Positions 39,606 through 57,700 of a stretch of 64,000 nucleotides of DNA are shown here, piece by piece. The first letter of the stretch is position 1; each line of letters opens with the position of its first letter. Source of the DNA: the human T2T-CHM13v2.0 reference genome, Homo sapiens. The notes below the pieces were generated by a model. It saw only the letters and a list, made by a program, of their open reading frames with translations. It did not search any database and was not told the DNA's origin. The stretch lies in the NCBI RefSeq assembly GCF_009914755.1, contig NC_060931.1; one strand, written 5' to 3'. The position numbers and the translations under genes were made by a program.

Positions 39606-39856
39606 CCTTCTTTCTGAAGAACTTCTTTTTATGTTGCTTGCAAGACAGGTCTACTGGCAACAAATTCCCTCAATTTTGTTTGAAAGTCTTTATTTCTCCT
39701 TCACTTTGGAAGCATAATTTTATAGAGTATATGTGTAATTTTGGGCTGCTGAATATTTTTCTCTCAGTACTTTAAACATTTCTCTATGCTGTCTTCTTGC
39801 TTGCATGGTATCTGAGAAACTGAATGTAATTCTTTTTTTTTTTTTTTTCTTTTTGA

Positions 39857-40162
<306 letters not shown>

Positions 40163-40741
40163 TAGATAAAGTGTTTTTTCCCCATCTGGCTTCTTTCAGG
40201 ATTTTGTCCTTATCTGTGATTTTTCTGTAGTTTGAATATAAGATGCCTAGGTGTAGATGTTTTGATATTGATCTTGGTGTTCTATGAGCTTCCTGGATGC
40301 GTGGTTTGGTGTCTGACATCAGTTTGGAGAAATTCTCAGTCATTATTGTATCAAGTATTCTGTTCCTTTCTCTCTTCTTCTGCCATCCCCATTATACATG
40401 TGAATACCTTTTGCAGTTGTCCCACAGTTCTTGGATATTTTGTTCTGTTTTTTTTTTTTTTTTTTCCTTCCCGCTTTTTGTTCTCTTTGCTTTTCAGTTT
40501 TGGGGGTTTCTATTGAGGTATCATCAAGCACAGAGACTTTTCTTCAGCTCTGTCCAGTTTACTAATGAGCCCATCAAAGTTGTTCTTCACTTCTGTTTCT
40601 GTTGTTTTGTTGTTTTTGACCTCGAACTTTCCTTTCTGGTTCTTTCTTAGACTTTCCATCTCTCTGCTTGCCTGCTATCAACTTTGTCTATTAGAGCTCT
40701 TAGGATGTCCTCATAGTTGTTTTAAGTTCCTGTTCTGATAA

Positions 40742-40969
<228 letters not shown>

Positions 40970-41454
40970 TAGAGATGCGGTTTCGCCATGTTGCCCACGC
41001 TGGTCTTCAGCTCCTGAGTTCAAGTAATCTGCCTGCCTTGACCTCCCAAAGTGCTGGGATTAAAGGTGTGAGCCACAGTGCTCACTACAGCTACACTGTC
41101 TTTAATGGTGTAGATAAGCTGAGCACCATTCAGCGGGGAATATATTCATGGATAAGAAATGGATTGCTGCACATTTGAAGTTTATTTGTAAAACACTTAA
41201 AAAATTTTTAGCCACCAGAATTATAGAGGTTTCCCAAAAAGGATGTTTACTGTTTTCTCTTTTTGGTCCTACCTGTAAGTTAGCAAGGGTATTTCTTAAA
41301 GGAATTTAACATTATATTAGTTTTACAAATACCTAGAGTTTAAAATTAGCAACATCAAAGGAATGTCAGAAAACATATATGTTTTCCCAATCTATTTGCA
41401 ATATTCAATTTTATGATTGAATTTTTTGGTTTTGTGTTTGATTTTTACCTCTAG

Positions 41455-41580
<126 letters not shown>

Positions 41581-42061
41581 TAAAAATCAGCTTATATATA
41601 GTAATTTGATGTCCTTTTTATTCTTTTTATTAATCCTAATACTCAATATCTGGCTAGGTTGATTTAGGTCAAGCTGTTACCTGTAAAATGCTTGCTATAC
41701 TTCTACTAATACTTACCAATATGATGTAATTAAATGATTTTATAATTTAACTCATATTTAAGTGCAGTGCATAAAAAGATGTATACATAGGTATCTATAA
41801 AAATACATACACTTTCACATTCTCAGCACAAATGTTTGCACGTGATGATAGTTGATAGGTCTTCTGTATATGGTTCTGTATTGTGTGATTTATTTTTAGA
41901 GAAATAAAGGTAGCAGTTTATATAAATTTACCTTCAAAAACATTAAAATCAGGGAACTATAAATATCTTTCTTAGCTGTAATAAGGACATTGTCTGTTTT
42001 AAGTTATAAAGTGTCATGTTTTGTTCAGTATGAGGGATAATTGAAAGTCAGTTTGTCTTAA

Positions 42062-42400
<339 letters not shown>

Positions 42401-43854
42401 TAATAAGGTGGGTGGAGCAGTAACATCTTCCACATGCTGGTGGTGCCATGCCCTTGCAGCTACCACATAGGAGGCCCCTGAAGACTTGAGCACGAGCCCA
42501 TCCAGAATTCTCTTACACAGAGAAGTTGCACGTCACTTTCTGCTCAGCACCCAGGCCTTAGGTTAGCTGAGGGTGCCGTGGCCCCACTCAGTGAGCACTG
42601 ATGCTCCTGTTCTCCAGAGGGAGCTGAGGATGCTGTGGCCCTCCTCAGTGGGAGCTGAGGATGCTGTGGCCCTCCTCAGTGGGAAGCCTGACTCATGTTT
42701 TCTTTGCAACCAGCGTTTTATCCGTCTGTGAGCACATGCTCTTATTTTTCCTGATGATGTGCTCCTTGAGTTTCCACAGAGGAATCATCATGGTTTTCCC
42801 TGGAGGCGTGGCAGTGTCCACTGATGAGTGCCTTCATGAGGCACGTGGGGACTGAGGGGTTGAGGTGCCTGTCAAGTCTTGGGACACAGCTGGACTGAGC
42901 CTGACACGAAGCATGCTCTTGATCCATTCTTTTTTTCCTACAAGGACCTTTTTAAATTAAATTTAGAAATGTATTTTTTCTCCAAATTCTTGGCATCAGG
43001 ATATAATGTTACTTGTGAGAGTAGGAATTAATGTTTCAAATTGCTTTAAAGGAAAACTGACATTCTGATAAAACATGGGCACTGAGGATAAAATAGGATA
43101 ATATTAAAATACTATTTGATGACGTACTACTTTAAATTATCTAGTAAAATATTCAGTAATTGATGCAGTTAATTATAGTTAGTAATTAATATGATGCACT
43201 AATACAAATGAAGGTTTTGCAGAATGATTCTTTGTCTCACATTTTGTGCCTGCTACAGAGGTGGCAGAACTCAGCTGGGCAGTGCTGATAGAGCGTTCTT
43301 TAAACTTATAGCTAAAGGGCACCTGTCCTGGTAGAGGTAAGGATCTGCCCCTTCTTCAGCCCTATCGCCTGGCTGAGGCTCAGGGACTGTTTCCCTCAGT
43401 TCCCCGTGGGGTAGCGCTGCACACAGGGAGGGTCTTTGTGCCACCAGCACACAGGATTTCCTGACAGCATTAAAGCTTGTCTGCTCTGGAGTTGCTGAGA
43501 CGCGAGCAGGATTTTATTCTTAACGTTACTGGTTTTCTTAGCAGATCTTTGAATAACCTTTTTTTGTTACTCATTTTCAACATTTATGCTTAGTGTTATA
43601 TCTTTATTAGCCTGATTTACAAGATTAGAATTTACAACTCTCAATATGAGATTATTTTTGGCATATTTCTTATTTGAAGGAGTTATTCACTGTCATACAC
43701 ATTGCTCCAGGTAAAGCTGGAGCTGCTTTCTTGGCCCTGTTTAATGTTGAGCTGGCACAGGTGGACGGTCGTAAAGACTAGCACAGTGTTGACATCACAG
43801 TCTGTGCTGAAGCAGGAATCACGGAGCCATGCTGACTCCGGGGTTTCAGATAAC

Positions 43855-44650
43855 TGACTAGCTGTGTGATCTTGGGCAGTTACTTAACCTGTCTGTGCCT
43901 CATTTTCCTTAACTGTGAAATGAGTGTCAGACTTTCTTTAGGGTTGTTGTGAAGATTAATTAAGCAAGCTAAACATGGAAGGTGCTTAAAGGAGTGCCAG
44001 GCACGTTCTGAGTGCTAAGCACCGGTTTGTTTTCTGTGTCCTCCTTGGCTGTACTCTGCCACACCCTGTGGTGCTTGGACTACTTGGTTATAAACTGCAC
44101 GCCTTATCCTTTTTTAGGGCAGTAAGAAACCGTTTGGTAAATAACTTTTTCCCGTGCACTAAAGTTACACCATGGCGTTTGAAAGCCTTTGTACACTTCC
44201 AAAAGGTAAATGGTCCACTTGGTCAGTGAAGGAGTCTTTGCTGAGCGCCAATGACTTGCACAGAGGTGTGCGCTCTGCTCCAGGGATGTCTTTATTCAAG
44301 TCTTAATTCTGTAACTTTAAACGTTTTCTCATTTTTAAAAACAGTCACATCTTATAATGTCTGTGTGGTGCTTTCTAATTGCTCATAAACGTGGCCTCCT
44401 GTGGTCTGGTCCTTATCACAGTCCTGTACGGCAGATGTCCAGCAATAAGGGAACTGAGATGCAGAGATGAGGTAACCTCCCATGGTCATGAAGCAAGTAG
44501 CGGACAGTGCTGGGACTTGAGCTCAGGCCCCTGACCCAGACAGGCATCCTCCAGAGCCACACCCTCTGCATTGCTGGCCGTAAAGCTTTGTTGTGAAGAT
44601 CAGATGAGATAATGTGTGGGAAAGGGCTCTGAGTTTCATAAAACCGTAAG
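43855..44650. mobile_element. MIR fragments: (+)43855-44035, (-)44440-44540, (+)44590-44640
   Basis: MIR core ctgtgtgatcttgggcagttacttaacct...gcctcattttcc and its reverse complement. Confidence 0.7.
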
Positions 44651-44799
44651 ACGGGAGGGCAAGTGCAAACCAATATCCAAAAGGAATGAAAAGACGATAA
44701 GATGCAGTAGAAATAAATATACAAACAAATAAATACACAGGTAAGTATGTACAAGAAGCCACCGAAATCCTTAGGGGGAAGAGGTGGATTGAGGAATGA

Positions 44800-45093
<294 letters not shown>

Positions 45094-45607
45094 TGATCCG
45101 CCTGCCTCGGCCTCCCAGAGGGCTGGGATTACAGGCATGAGCCATCGTATCTGGCCAAGTTGTTCATTCTTATATAATATGAACCTTTTCCATCAGCCTG
45201 ACAATTCAATAATCTAATCACATCTTCAGAAATTTTAGAGCTTCTGAGGAAGCTCATGCCTTCATTCTCTTTTGTTTCGTGCCCTTTGACATATTAAGTA
45301 ATTGATTCAATATTAATTTGCACTTGTTTCTGTTTTTTAGCAATTTTGTATGTCCTTGTTCCACTTCCCTTACTAAAAGATAATCTTTGTTTTTTTTGCA
45401 GAATGGGCGGGATGGGGGCTTAGAACTGCATCTTTTGTGCATTCTTAAGTATTTCTAAAACTCTTTAATAGTGTGAGTGGCACATACAATAGATGATCAG
45501 TAAATTTTGCTTTGTTGCCTGAAAGTTTTAGATGAAATAATCAAGAGAGGTCTCTCAAATGCTTATGAAAGATGTTTGTCATTAGTTGAAGGGTTTATTG
45601 ACTATAA

Positions 45608-45808
<201 letters not shown>

Positions 45809-46193
45809 TAGGTGTATTGGGAAAGCAGCCAAAGGTGTTCAGGGTTTTAGCTTAACTTTTCTTTCACATACTTTTAAAAAATCGAGTTTTAAAATGCATT
45901 TTTACTACTGTTTTTTGGGGTGTATGACTTAATTTGTACTACACTTTTGTGTTGAGATCTTATGTTAGTAGAGCAGGTGTGTGAGCCGCTACGTACCATG
46001 TGCTGATGTTGGATGTTTGTTCTTAGATTTGTGGCGGACAGTTGGAGCTACCCTGGGAGTAAATCGAGAAATTTGTAAAATTTAGAAATCTATAAAAGAT
46101 ATATTTTAAAGTCAAGGGTCTATTATACTAAGCCCAAATATGACTGAGGAGTAAATGAAAAAAATAAATATTTTTATTTATTTATTTTTTTGA

Positions 46194-46489
<296 letters not shown>

Positions 46490-47249
46490 TAAAAGTGGAT
46501 TTAAAATCTCTTATCACCTAGCTCAGTATATGGCCTTCCTTAGTCAGTACTCAATAAATATTTACTAAATGAAAAAATCAATCATTAATAATAAAAGTGG
46601 TTGGGCATGGTGGTATATGCCTATAATCCCAGCACTTTGAGCACAGGAGTTCAAGAGCCTGAGCAAGGAGGAGTTCAAGGGCCTGAGCAGCATAGCGAGA
46701 CGCACCTGTGGTCCCAGCTCCTGGGGAGTGCTTAGGTGGGAGATGGCTTGAGCCTGAGAGGTCGAGGCCGCACTGAGCCGTGACTGCACCATTGCACTCC
46801 AGCCTTGAGGCTGCACTGAGCTGTGGCTGCACCACTGCACTCCAGCCTGGGTGGCAGAGCGAGACCCTGTCTCAAAAAAGAAAAAAAAAAAAACTAATAA
46901 AGGTGACAGTTTTCACAGCAGTTTTGCTGCCTTTATATTTTGGTTCTCCTGTGGAGGTAGCAAAACTGGTTTCTGGCCCCATGGCCTTCTTTTTTTTTTT
47001 TTTTTTTTTTTTTTAAACCTGATTCAAGTTCTCAGAAAACTACATATGGTTTAATGCAATTTTTATAAACTCAGAAATAAAGCTACACAGTATGTTGTTT
47101 AGACTCATATAAATATGAGATAAAATTATATTTTGAAAAACAAGAAACTGATAACCACAAAATTCAGTCTAGTGATTGTTGTGGGCAGTGGGGGATCTTG
47201 GAATGTGTCAGGGAGGAGCCACTAAGTAGATGGGGGTCATTGGTTGCCT

Positions 47250-47325
47250 TCCCTCCCTTTCCATTTCCCTTTCCCTTTTCCTTTCCCTTTCCCTTTCCGT
47301 TCCCTTTCCTTTCCCTTTTCTTTCT
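47250..47325. repeat. (TTTCCC)n polypyrimidine simple repeat, at the tail of an antisense Alu
   Basis: Read directly. Confidence 0.9.
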
Positions 47326-47491
47326 TTTACGTCTTCTGCTTTTGAGACAGGGTCTCACTCTGGCACCCAGGCTGGAATGCAGTGGCATGATCTTGGTTTG
47401 CTGCAGCCCTAACCTTCTGGGCTCAGGTGACCCTCCACCTCAGCCTCCTGAGTAGCTGGGATTACAGGTGTGCACCACCACACCCAGCTAA

Positions 47492-47635
<144 letters not shown>

Positions 47636-47919
47636 TAGTAATTGGTAGTTTTCTAGTTAGGTCCTAGGATGTTAACTAGATTGATATATAATGTACAAGT
47701 AGATTATATGGATTATTTTGGATCAAAAATTTTATTAAATATTTTAAAAGAAAAATTTAAGAAATGAAAGGCCGAAACATAAAGGGATTGATGATAAATA
47801 AAAAAGTTTTTGAGAAAAATGTAGGAGTCCACACTTTATACGCGTGTGGGGTGAGTTCTGGCATTTGTGTGTTGTAAGGAAATAGTATAGAGGCACTTTT
47901 ACTACTAGATATACATTTA

Positions 47920-48300
47920 GTAAATCAACTTGAAATTTGAGGGAAAATAGATACCTGCTTCATAGTATACCCAAGATAAATTCCAAATGGATTTAAAAAA
48001 AAAATGAAAAAGAGAGCATAGCTAGTGTAAATGGTTATTTCAGTGATAAGAAAGGACTTTCTAAGAATAAAAAGAATAAAAATTAAAAATTACTGGAATG
48101 TACCTCAAAAATTGAATTTCTGCAAGGTACAATTGTCTGTAAATCTGACAAAATTTAAAGGTAATTGACCAATTGGGAAAATATATTTGTAAAATATATG
48201 ATAGAGACTTATTATCCCTAATGCATAAAATGTTTTTATAATTTAATAAGCAAAGTTAAATAACCCTAGTTAAAAATGGGCACAGATCATACAAGACTTG
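47920..48300 (+). mobile_element. Old L1 (L1ME-like) fragment
   Basis: aagataaattccaaatggatt, tgggaaaatatatttg, aaaaatgggca. Confidence 0.6.
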
Positions 48301-48652
48301 AGATCCAGTCAGGAAAACAAAAACTAATTTGGGTATTAAACAGAAGGATGTGACACAGGGAGTGAATTCCTTAGGTGTTGGAAGAGCTGAGCTTCAGCAG
48401 GGCCCAGGAGCAGCTCAGAGATTTGCCGCAGCAGGAGCCACCCCTTCCCCTGAGCCGGAGAGGCTGGGCGGTCGGGAGCTGGAGCCATGGCCGGCCTGCT
48501 GGGGCCACAGGAAATACCTGTCGGTGGCTCAAGGTAGAGAGGTAGAAAAGTAATGTGTTTGCTTGTTTTCTCTTACATTATTCCCCAGTCTCTCACCAGA
48601 TGGCCCCAGGGTGGTAAAGGACACAGAGAGAATTCACAACAGAAAAAAATTA

Positions 48653-49175
<523 letters not shown>

Positions 49176-49974
49176 TCAAAACGATGGATACTCTGAGGAT
49201 ATAATGTCATGAAAAACGCTCCAGTGATACGAGAAAAGCATCTTACAAAAGAATATGTACAGAGTCCTACTTTCTTGATGGAATGGCTTGTATCAGAGAA
49301 ATCCTCCAGCTAAAACAAGGGTAAAAGTTGGATTTAAAACAACAAAAACACTCCAGCTGATTGAATATACCGGAGCAACCAAGGCCGCTGGGCCCTGAAG
49401 AGCCGAGGTCCTGGAAAGAAGGGAAACATGGAGGCGATCCCTGTTTCCATTCAGGTTTGCATCTTGATTTCTCAAGACAGTAGAGTGAAACAGAAAGATC
49501 TGATGGCCTAGGGCATTTGACGTTCGCACAGGGTCGAGGGGATGAAAATGGAAGTTGAGAGCCTTCCGGTGGGAGAATTTCTGATAAAACATCCTAGGTT
49601 TTGGTCGAGCCTCCTGCAGGCCTGTGCTCTAGGAAGCAGGGCAGACCTGGAGGAGTGTGAGGTGAAGGATCGGGGGAGGAGGAGGAGCAGAGAGCAGACC
49701 CGGTGGCCGAGGCACCTGGATGTTGGGCGGGTCGTTCACTCGGTCATTCACTGTGCATTCATTGAGCACCGGCTGTGTGGCGATAACAGTAAAGAAACAA
49801 AAATCTCTGCCCTTGCGAGTTTATATCCCAGTGAGGAGTAACAAACAAATATCTTAAGGATTTGACCCCGGGCACACTAATGTTAGGGTGAAACTTAGGA
49901 AAGGAAAACCCAGCACAGGCGATGGAAAAGGAACTGTTTGTGAAGCAAGAGGAAGCCACGTGGGTGCGGCGTTT

Positions 49975-50780
49975 CGGGGCCTGTGGGCAGAGGGCCATCG
50001 GCCGTGTCAGGCCTGTGGGTGCAGGGCCATTGGCTGTGTCAGGCCTGTGGGTGGAGCATGATGGGCTGTGTCAGGCCTGTGGGCTGAGGGCGATTGGAGG
50101 GCGATCAGCTGTGTCAGACCTGTGGGAGCGCGATTGGCTGTGTCAGGCCTGTGGGCCGAGGGCAATTGGCTATGTCAGGCCTGTGGGCCGAGTGCGATTG
50201 GCTGTGTCAGGCCTGTGGGTGGAGGGCCATTGGCTGTGTCAGGCTTGTGGGCGGAGCACGATTGGCTGTGTCAGGCCTGTGGGCTGAGGGTGATTGGAGG
50301 GCCATCAGCTGTGTCAGGCCTGTGGGCCGAGGGCACTTGGCTGTGTCAGGCCTGTGGGCCGAGGGCAATTGGAGGGCAATTGGCTGTGTCAGGCTCGTGG
50401 GCCGATCACTATTTGCTGTGTCAGACCTGTGGGCGGAGGACGATTAGAGGGCAGTTGGCTGTGTCAGACCTGCGGGTGGAGGGCCATTGGCTGTGTCAGG
50501 CCTGTGTGCGCAGGGCGATTGGCTGTGTCAGCCTGTGGGCCAAGGGTGATTGGCTGTGTCAGGCCTGTGGGCGGAGGGCGATTGGCTGTGTCAGGCCTGT
50601 GAGCGAGGAGCGTTGGCTGTGTCAGGCCTGTGGGAGGAGTGCGATTGGCTGTGTCAGGCTTGTGGGCCAAGGGCGATTGGCTGTTTCAGGCCTGTGGGAG
50701 GAGCGCGAATGGCTGTTTCAGGCCCGTGGGCCGAGGGCGATTGGCTGTGTCAGGCCTGTGGGCGGAGGGCGATTGGAGCG
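49975..50780. repeat. 32-bp VNTR (ATTGGCTGTGTCAGGCCTGTGGGCCGAGGGCG-type), ~23 copies
   Basis: ATTGG at 50133, 50165, 50197, 50229, 50261, 50293 and onward. Confidence 0.95.
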
Positions 50781-51155
50781 TGAAAGGCAGGTCAAGTCCT
50801 GGGGGAAGCACAGAGGTTGGCTGTGGCCTGGAAAAGAGCGTGGCCCAAAACACTTACTGGCTGCGTGGTCCGACCATGGTGCAGGTGATTGCATAGTCAG
50901 TATGTCAGCTCCTGAAGTCAAATGAATTAGTCCTTAGGAACATCCCAGGCATATATGTTGTGTGACTTGATTTTGTGTTAGCTCAGGCATACGCATTAGA
51001 ACGGTCACACATGAGGTTCGTGACACACACACGAGGCAGTCGGGGAGCAGAATCACCAAATGCCAAGGTCACACACCAGGTTCCCACGACTGTCTACTAC
51101 TCAGTTATTTTTAACAGCTGTTAAATATCTCAGACTCACCCCAGCCTGAAGCTAG

Positions 51156-51416
<261 letters not shown>

Positions 51417-52676
51417 TAAGTGATAAAATGCAAGTAAAGTCTAGTAGGATAACTTTGTGTCTTCCTGAATAATGTTCTGCAATATTAGAACTTGGGGATG
51501 GTCTGTGAAGGATACAAGCTTAGGGAAAATGGGGACCCATCTTCACATGGGGCCCATTCACCCGAGAGGCCGGGCACAGGCAAAGCCGGAGGCACTCCAG
51601 AGCCTTCAGGAGCTCTGGTGGGTGATCTGCTCGGAATGGGGACAGAATGGCTGCTGTCCTGACCTTGGAGTGAAGCTTTATGCTGTGCAAATGTTTTATT
51701 TATTTATTTAGAGACAGTCTCACTCTGTCGCCCAGGCCAGAGTGCAGTGGAGTGATCTTGGCTCACTGCAAACTCCACCTCCTGGGTTCAAGTGATTCTC
51801 GTGCCTCAGCCTGCCTTACCTGCCTGTCTGTTCCTCAGTGTCCAAGGCCTGTTTTCTGGGTGAACCCTTCCTAGTGACTTACAATGAATTCTTTCTCCTA
51901 TTCCAGAGTTCCTACAATTTACTATTTCATGCAATTTTGTACTTCCCTGTAGTATTTCCAATCATTAATTCATTATGTGATGGTCTCACTTCACAACAAG
52001 GTTCTAAAGATTTTGAAGTCAGACGTCTTATCTAACATTTTTCTTACATTCCTGTTACTGGTACCACCAATCTTAACATTGTCTAGTTGGTACACTCAAT
52101 AAAATCCTTTTAAAAGGAGGAAGGTCACGGGATGAAGCTGAAGAAGCTGATGGCTTTTACAATTTTTAAATTTTTAAATTTTTTTTAAGAGACAGGGTCT
52201 TGCTCTGCCACCCAGGCTGGATGGAGTGCAGTAGCAAGATCATATCTCACTGTAGCCTTGAACTCCTCGGACACTGACAATATTAATCCTGGTTTTGCAG
52301 CTGATTCACTCTGACCTTAAGTAGATTATTTATCTTTGGTGGTTTTCCTCATCATAAAGCTGTTAGTAACAAAACTGATTTCACTGAAGCATGTACCTTT
52401 TGAAATATATATGTAGTTTTGCAAAACCAGCATGTCCTAAGAAAATAGGGTGTGGGCAGGTGAGGTGGCAGTATTTTCAGACTAAAGGGAAATCGTTTGG
52501 TGAGACTTTTTGAACACACTTTTGAAAATTAGACCTGTATATATCTATATCGAACGTTTAAGCACAGGTTGTCTTTGCATGATTGTTCTTTATGCTTTGA
52601 TACTTACTTTTGACACAGTGACTCTCATTATTATTTCAGTAATGACAGATTGCTCCGAAATTGAAACCAATGTTAA

Positions 52677-52841
<165 letters not shown>

Positions 52842-53425
52842 TGACTCTCTTTACATTCTTTTTTGTTTTATTTTTACTTATTCCCTTTCTGGTTCACTTT
52901 CATTTTGTCTTTCTCTTCTGTATGGTTGTTAGCATGTGACAATAGCAGTACCCAATTTTCTTTTAAAGAAACGCTAACCAGCAGCCACAGAGCTGCTGAA
53001 CTACAAGTGGGAGGAAACCTGCTCTCGAGGCCCAGTCTGTGCCATTGCCAGGATTTATGACAGATTTTATTCCTGTGTAGAGGGAGAGATTCCACATTCC
53101 AAACAACCACTGTGTCGCTGGACCTTTGAAGCACACTGTGTTTTTAACTTAGGGGAAGCCTATTCTCATGAATATAGAATTTTTATGTTTTAAGTGCAGT
53201 TTGCAAAAATGTTCCATCAATTTATATCGAAGGTCCCTAGAATATATGGTTTCTGCTAAGTACTCTGGAGCGATTTACATGTTGAATACTTTACTGGTTT
53301 TTCTCAAGGAATTGCCTCTGTATGGCAGGGATGTATATTACTCCCTTTTCTCAGGTAAGCCTCACCTTAAGAAAGTAATATACCTAAACTTAAGACTTAC
53401 ATGATAATTAAATTGATTCCTTTGA

Positions 53426-53759
<334 letters not shown>

Positions 53760-53893
53760 TAAAACAATATGCAGTTGTTTTGGGGAGTTAACAGTAGTAA
53801 ATCTAGAGAGTATAGCTTGAAGTTTTCTGTCTTTTCCTTCTGGGACTCTTAATGTTGATTTGTTAGGCCTGTTTGAACTCTTAAGATGTGTAA

Positions 53894-54079
<186 letters not shown>

Positions 54080-54751
54080 TAAAGTTTCATTCTACATAGA
54101 AACATAGGAGCTTTTAAGATCTTAAAGTCTTTGTAGCTTGGATAAATCAGAATCAGTTATTCATTTTCAAGTATTATTTTCTTACAAATTATCAGTGGTA
54201 CATTCATTAAGCCCTTGTGGGCAGAATGACCCTGGGTAAATGTATATCACTGAAGTACTATGTGTGTATTTGGATTGTGAATTTTATTATTAATTTCTTA
54301 CATTTTAAAACAACTATAGACTAGCAGACACGAAGTTGGCAAGGCAAGCATAAATCTAGGGTATTTGAAAATATTAAACTTCTGATTTTACAAGCTGATT
54401 TATAAACTGAAAAATTTTAAAAATCCATACAAAGAGACATGGAACAGTCCTGTGAAGCTACAGGTACTTTAGTGGTTATCACCTCATGGCTGTGGGTCTC
54501 GTCTGACCCCCCTGCCCACTCCACCACCCACCCCATCAGTTATTTTGAAACAAATCCCAATCATCTAACTTTGCCTCCAAATACAGTTCAGTATGAATCT
54601 CAAAAAGCAGAGAATGTCTAAAAGAGTAATTAGTAATAACTTATAATGCAGTCAGATATGAAGTTGGCATTCACATTTCGCCAGCTGTCTCATCACTTTC
54701 TTGTATGTAAGCTCAGCACTTGAGTCTACTGCAGCACTGAAGAGTGGAACG

Positions 54752-57700
54752 TTGTGAAACCTCAACACGCTAGTTGAGATTAAGGATGATTGTGAAACCT
54801 CGACATGCTGGTTGACATTAAGGATGATTGTAAAACCTTGACACGCTGGTTGAGATTAAGGATGATTGTGAAATGTCAACACGCTGGTTGACAGGATGAT
54901 TGTGAAACCTCGACACGCTGGTTGACATTAAGGATGACTGTGAAACATCGACATGCTGGTTGACATTAAGAATGATTGTGAAACCTCGACACGGTGGTTG
55001 AGATTAAGGATGATTGTGAAACCTGGACACGCTGGTTGACATTAAGGATGATTGTGAAACGTCGACACGCTGGTTGACATTAAGGATGATTGTGAAACGT
55101 CAACACGCTGGTTGAGATTAAGGATGATTGTGAAACGTCGACACGCTGGTTGACATTAAGGATGATTGTGAAACCTCGACACGGTGGTTGAGATAAAGGA
55201 TGATGGTGAAACCTCGACACGGTGGTTGAGATTAAGGATGATTGTGAAACCTGGACACGCTGGTTGACATTAAGGATGATTGTGAAACGTCGACACGCTG
55301 GTTGACATTAAGGATGATTGTGAAACGTCGACACGCTGGTTGAGATTAAGGATGATTGTGAAACGTCGACACGCTGGTTGACATTAAGGATGATTGTGAA
55401 ACCTCGACACGGTGGTTGAGATAAAGGATGATGGTGAAACCTCGACACGGTGGTTGAGATTAAGGATGATTGTGAAACCTCGACACGCTGGTTGAGATTA
55501 AGGATGATTGTGAAACATCGACACGCTGGTTGACAGGATGATTGTGAAACCTCGACACGGTGGTTGACATTAAGGATGATTGTGAAACGTCGACATGCTG
55601 GTTGACATTAAGGATGATTGTGAAACGTCGACACGCTGGTTGACATTAAGGATGATTGTGAAACGTCTACACGCTGGTTGAGATTAAGGATGATTGTGAA
55701 ACGTCGACACGCTGGTTGACATTAAGGATGATTGTGAAACGTCAACACGCTGGTTGACATTAAGGATGATTGTGAAACGTCGACACGCTGGTTGAGATTA
55801 AGGATGATTGTGAAACGTCGACACGCTGGTTGACATTAAGGATGATTGTGAAACGTTGACACAGTGGTTGACATTAAGGATGATTGTGAAACGTTTACAC
55901 GCTGGTTGACATTAAGGATGATTGTGAAACGTCGACATGCTGGTTGACATTAAGAATGATTGTGAAACCTCGACACGGTGGTTGACATTAAGGATGATTG
56001 TGAAACCTCAACACGCTGGTTGAGATTAAGGATGATTGTGAAACGTCGACACGCTGGTTGAGATTAAGGATGATTGTGAAACGACACGCTGGTTGACATT
56101 AAGGATGATTGTGAAACCTCGACACGGTGGTTGAGATTAAGGATGATTGTGAAACATCAACACGCTGGTTGGCATTAAGGATGATTGTGAAACGTCGACA
56201 CGCTGGTTGAGATTAAGGATGATTGTGAAACGTCGACACGCTGGTTGAGATTAAGGATGATTGTGAAACGTCGACACGCTGGTTGACATTAAGGATGATT
56301 GTGAAACGTCGACACGCTGGTTGACATTAAGGATGATTGTGAAACCTCGACACGGTGGTTGAGATTAAGGATGATTGTGAAACCTCGACACGGTGGTTGA
56401 GATTAAGGATGATTGTGAAACATCGACACGCTGGTTGACATTAAGGATGATTGTGAAACGTCGACACGCTGGTTGACATTAAGGATGATTGTGAAACGTC
56501 GACACGCTGGTTGACATTAAGGATGATTGTGAAACGTCGACACGCTGGTTGAGATTAAGGATGATTGTGAAACGTCGACACGCTGGTTGAGATTAAGGAT
56601 GATTGTGAAACGTCGACACGCTGGTTGACATTAAGGATGATTGTGAAACCTCGACACGGTGGTTGAGATTAAGGATGATTGTGAAACCTCGACACGGTGG
56701 TTGAGATTAAGGATGATTGTGAAACATCGACACGCTGGTTGACATTAAGGATGATTGTGAAACGTTTACACGGTGGTTGACATTAAGGATGATTGTGAAA
56801 CGTCGACATGCTGGTTGACATTAAGGATGATTGTGAAACGTCGACACGCTGGTTGACATTAAGGATGATTGTGAAACGTCGACACGCTGGTTGACATTAA
56901 GGATGATTGTGAAACGTCGACACGCTGGTTGACATTAAGGATGATTGTGAAACGTTGACACGGTGGTTGACATTAAGGATGATTGTGAAACGTTTACACG
57001 CTGGTTGACATTAAGGATGATTGTGAAACGTCGACACGCTGGTTGACATTAAGGATGATTGTGAAACGTCGCTGGTTGACATTAAGGATGACTGTGAAAC
57101 ATCGACAGGCTGGTTGACATTAAGGATGATTGTGAAACCTCGACATGCTGGTTGAGATTAAGGATGATTGTGAAACCTCGACACAGTGGTTGATATTAAG
57201 GATGATTGTGAAACCTCTACACGCTGGTTGAGATTAAGGATGATTGTGAAACGTCGACACGCTGGTTGAGATCAAGGATGATTGTGAAACCTCGACACGC
57301 TGGTTGACATTAAGGATGATTGTGAAACGTCGACACGCTGGTTGACATTAAGGATGATTGTGAAACGTCGACACGCTGGTTGAGATTAAGGATGATTGTG
57401 AAACGTCTACACGCTGGTTGACGTTAAGGATGATTGTGAAACCTCGACACGGTGGTTGACATTAAGGATGATTGTGAAACGTCGACACGCTGGTTGACAT
57501 TAAGGATGATTGAAACGTCGACACGCTGGTTGACATTAAGGATGATTGTGAAACCTCGACACGGTGGTTGAGATTAAGGATGATTGTGAAACGTCGACAC
57601 GCTGGTTGACATTAAGGATGATTGTGAAACCTCGACACGCTGGTTGAGATTAAGGATGATTGTGAAATGTTGACACGTGGTTGACATTAAGGATGATTGT

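Noticed and set aside
50068-50925. 285-aa ORF with repeated CQAC (CxxC) motifs
   Set aside because: Frame-cycling translation of the 32-bp VNTR
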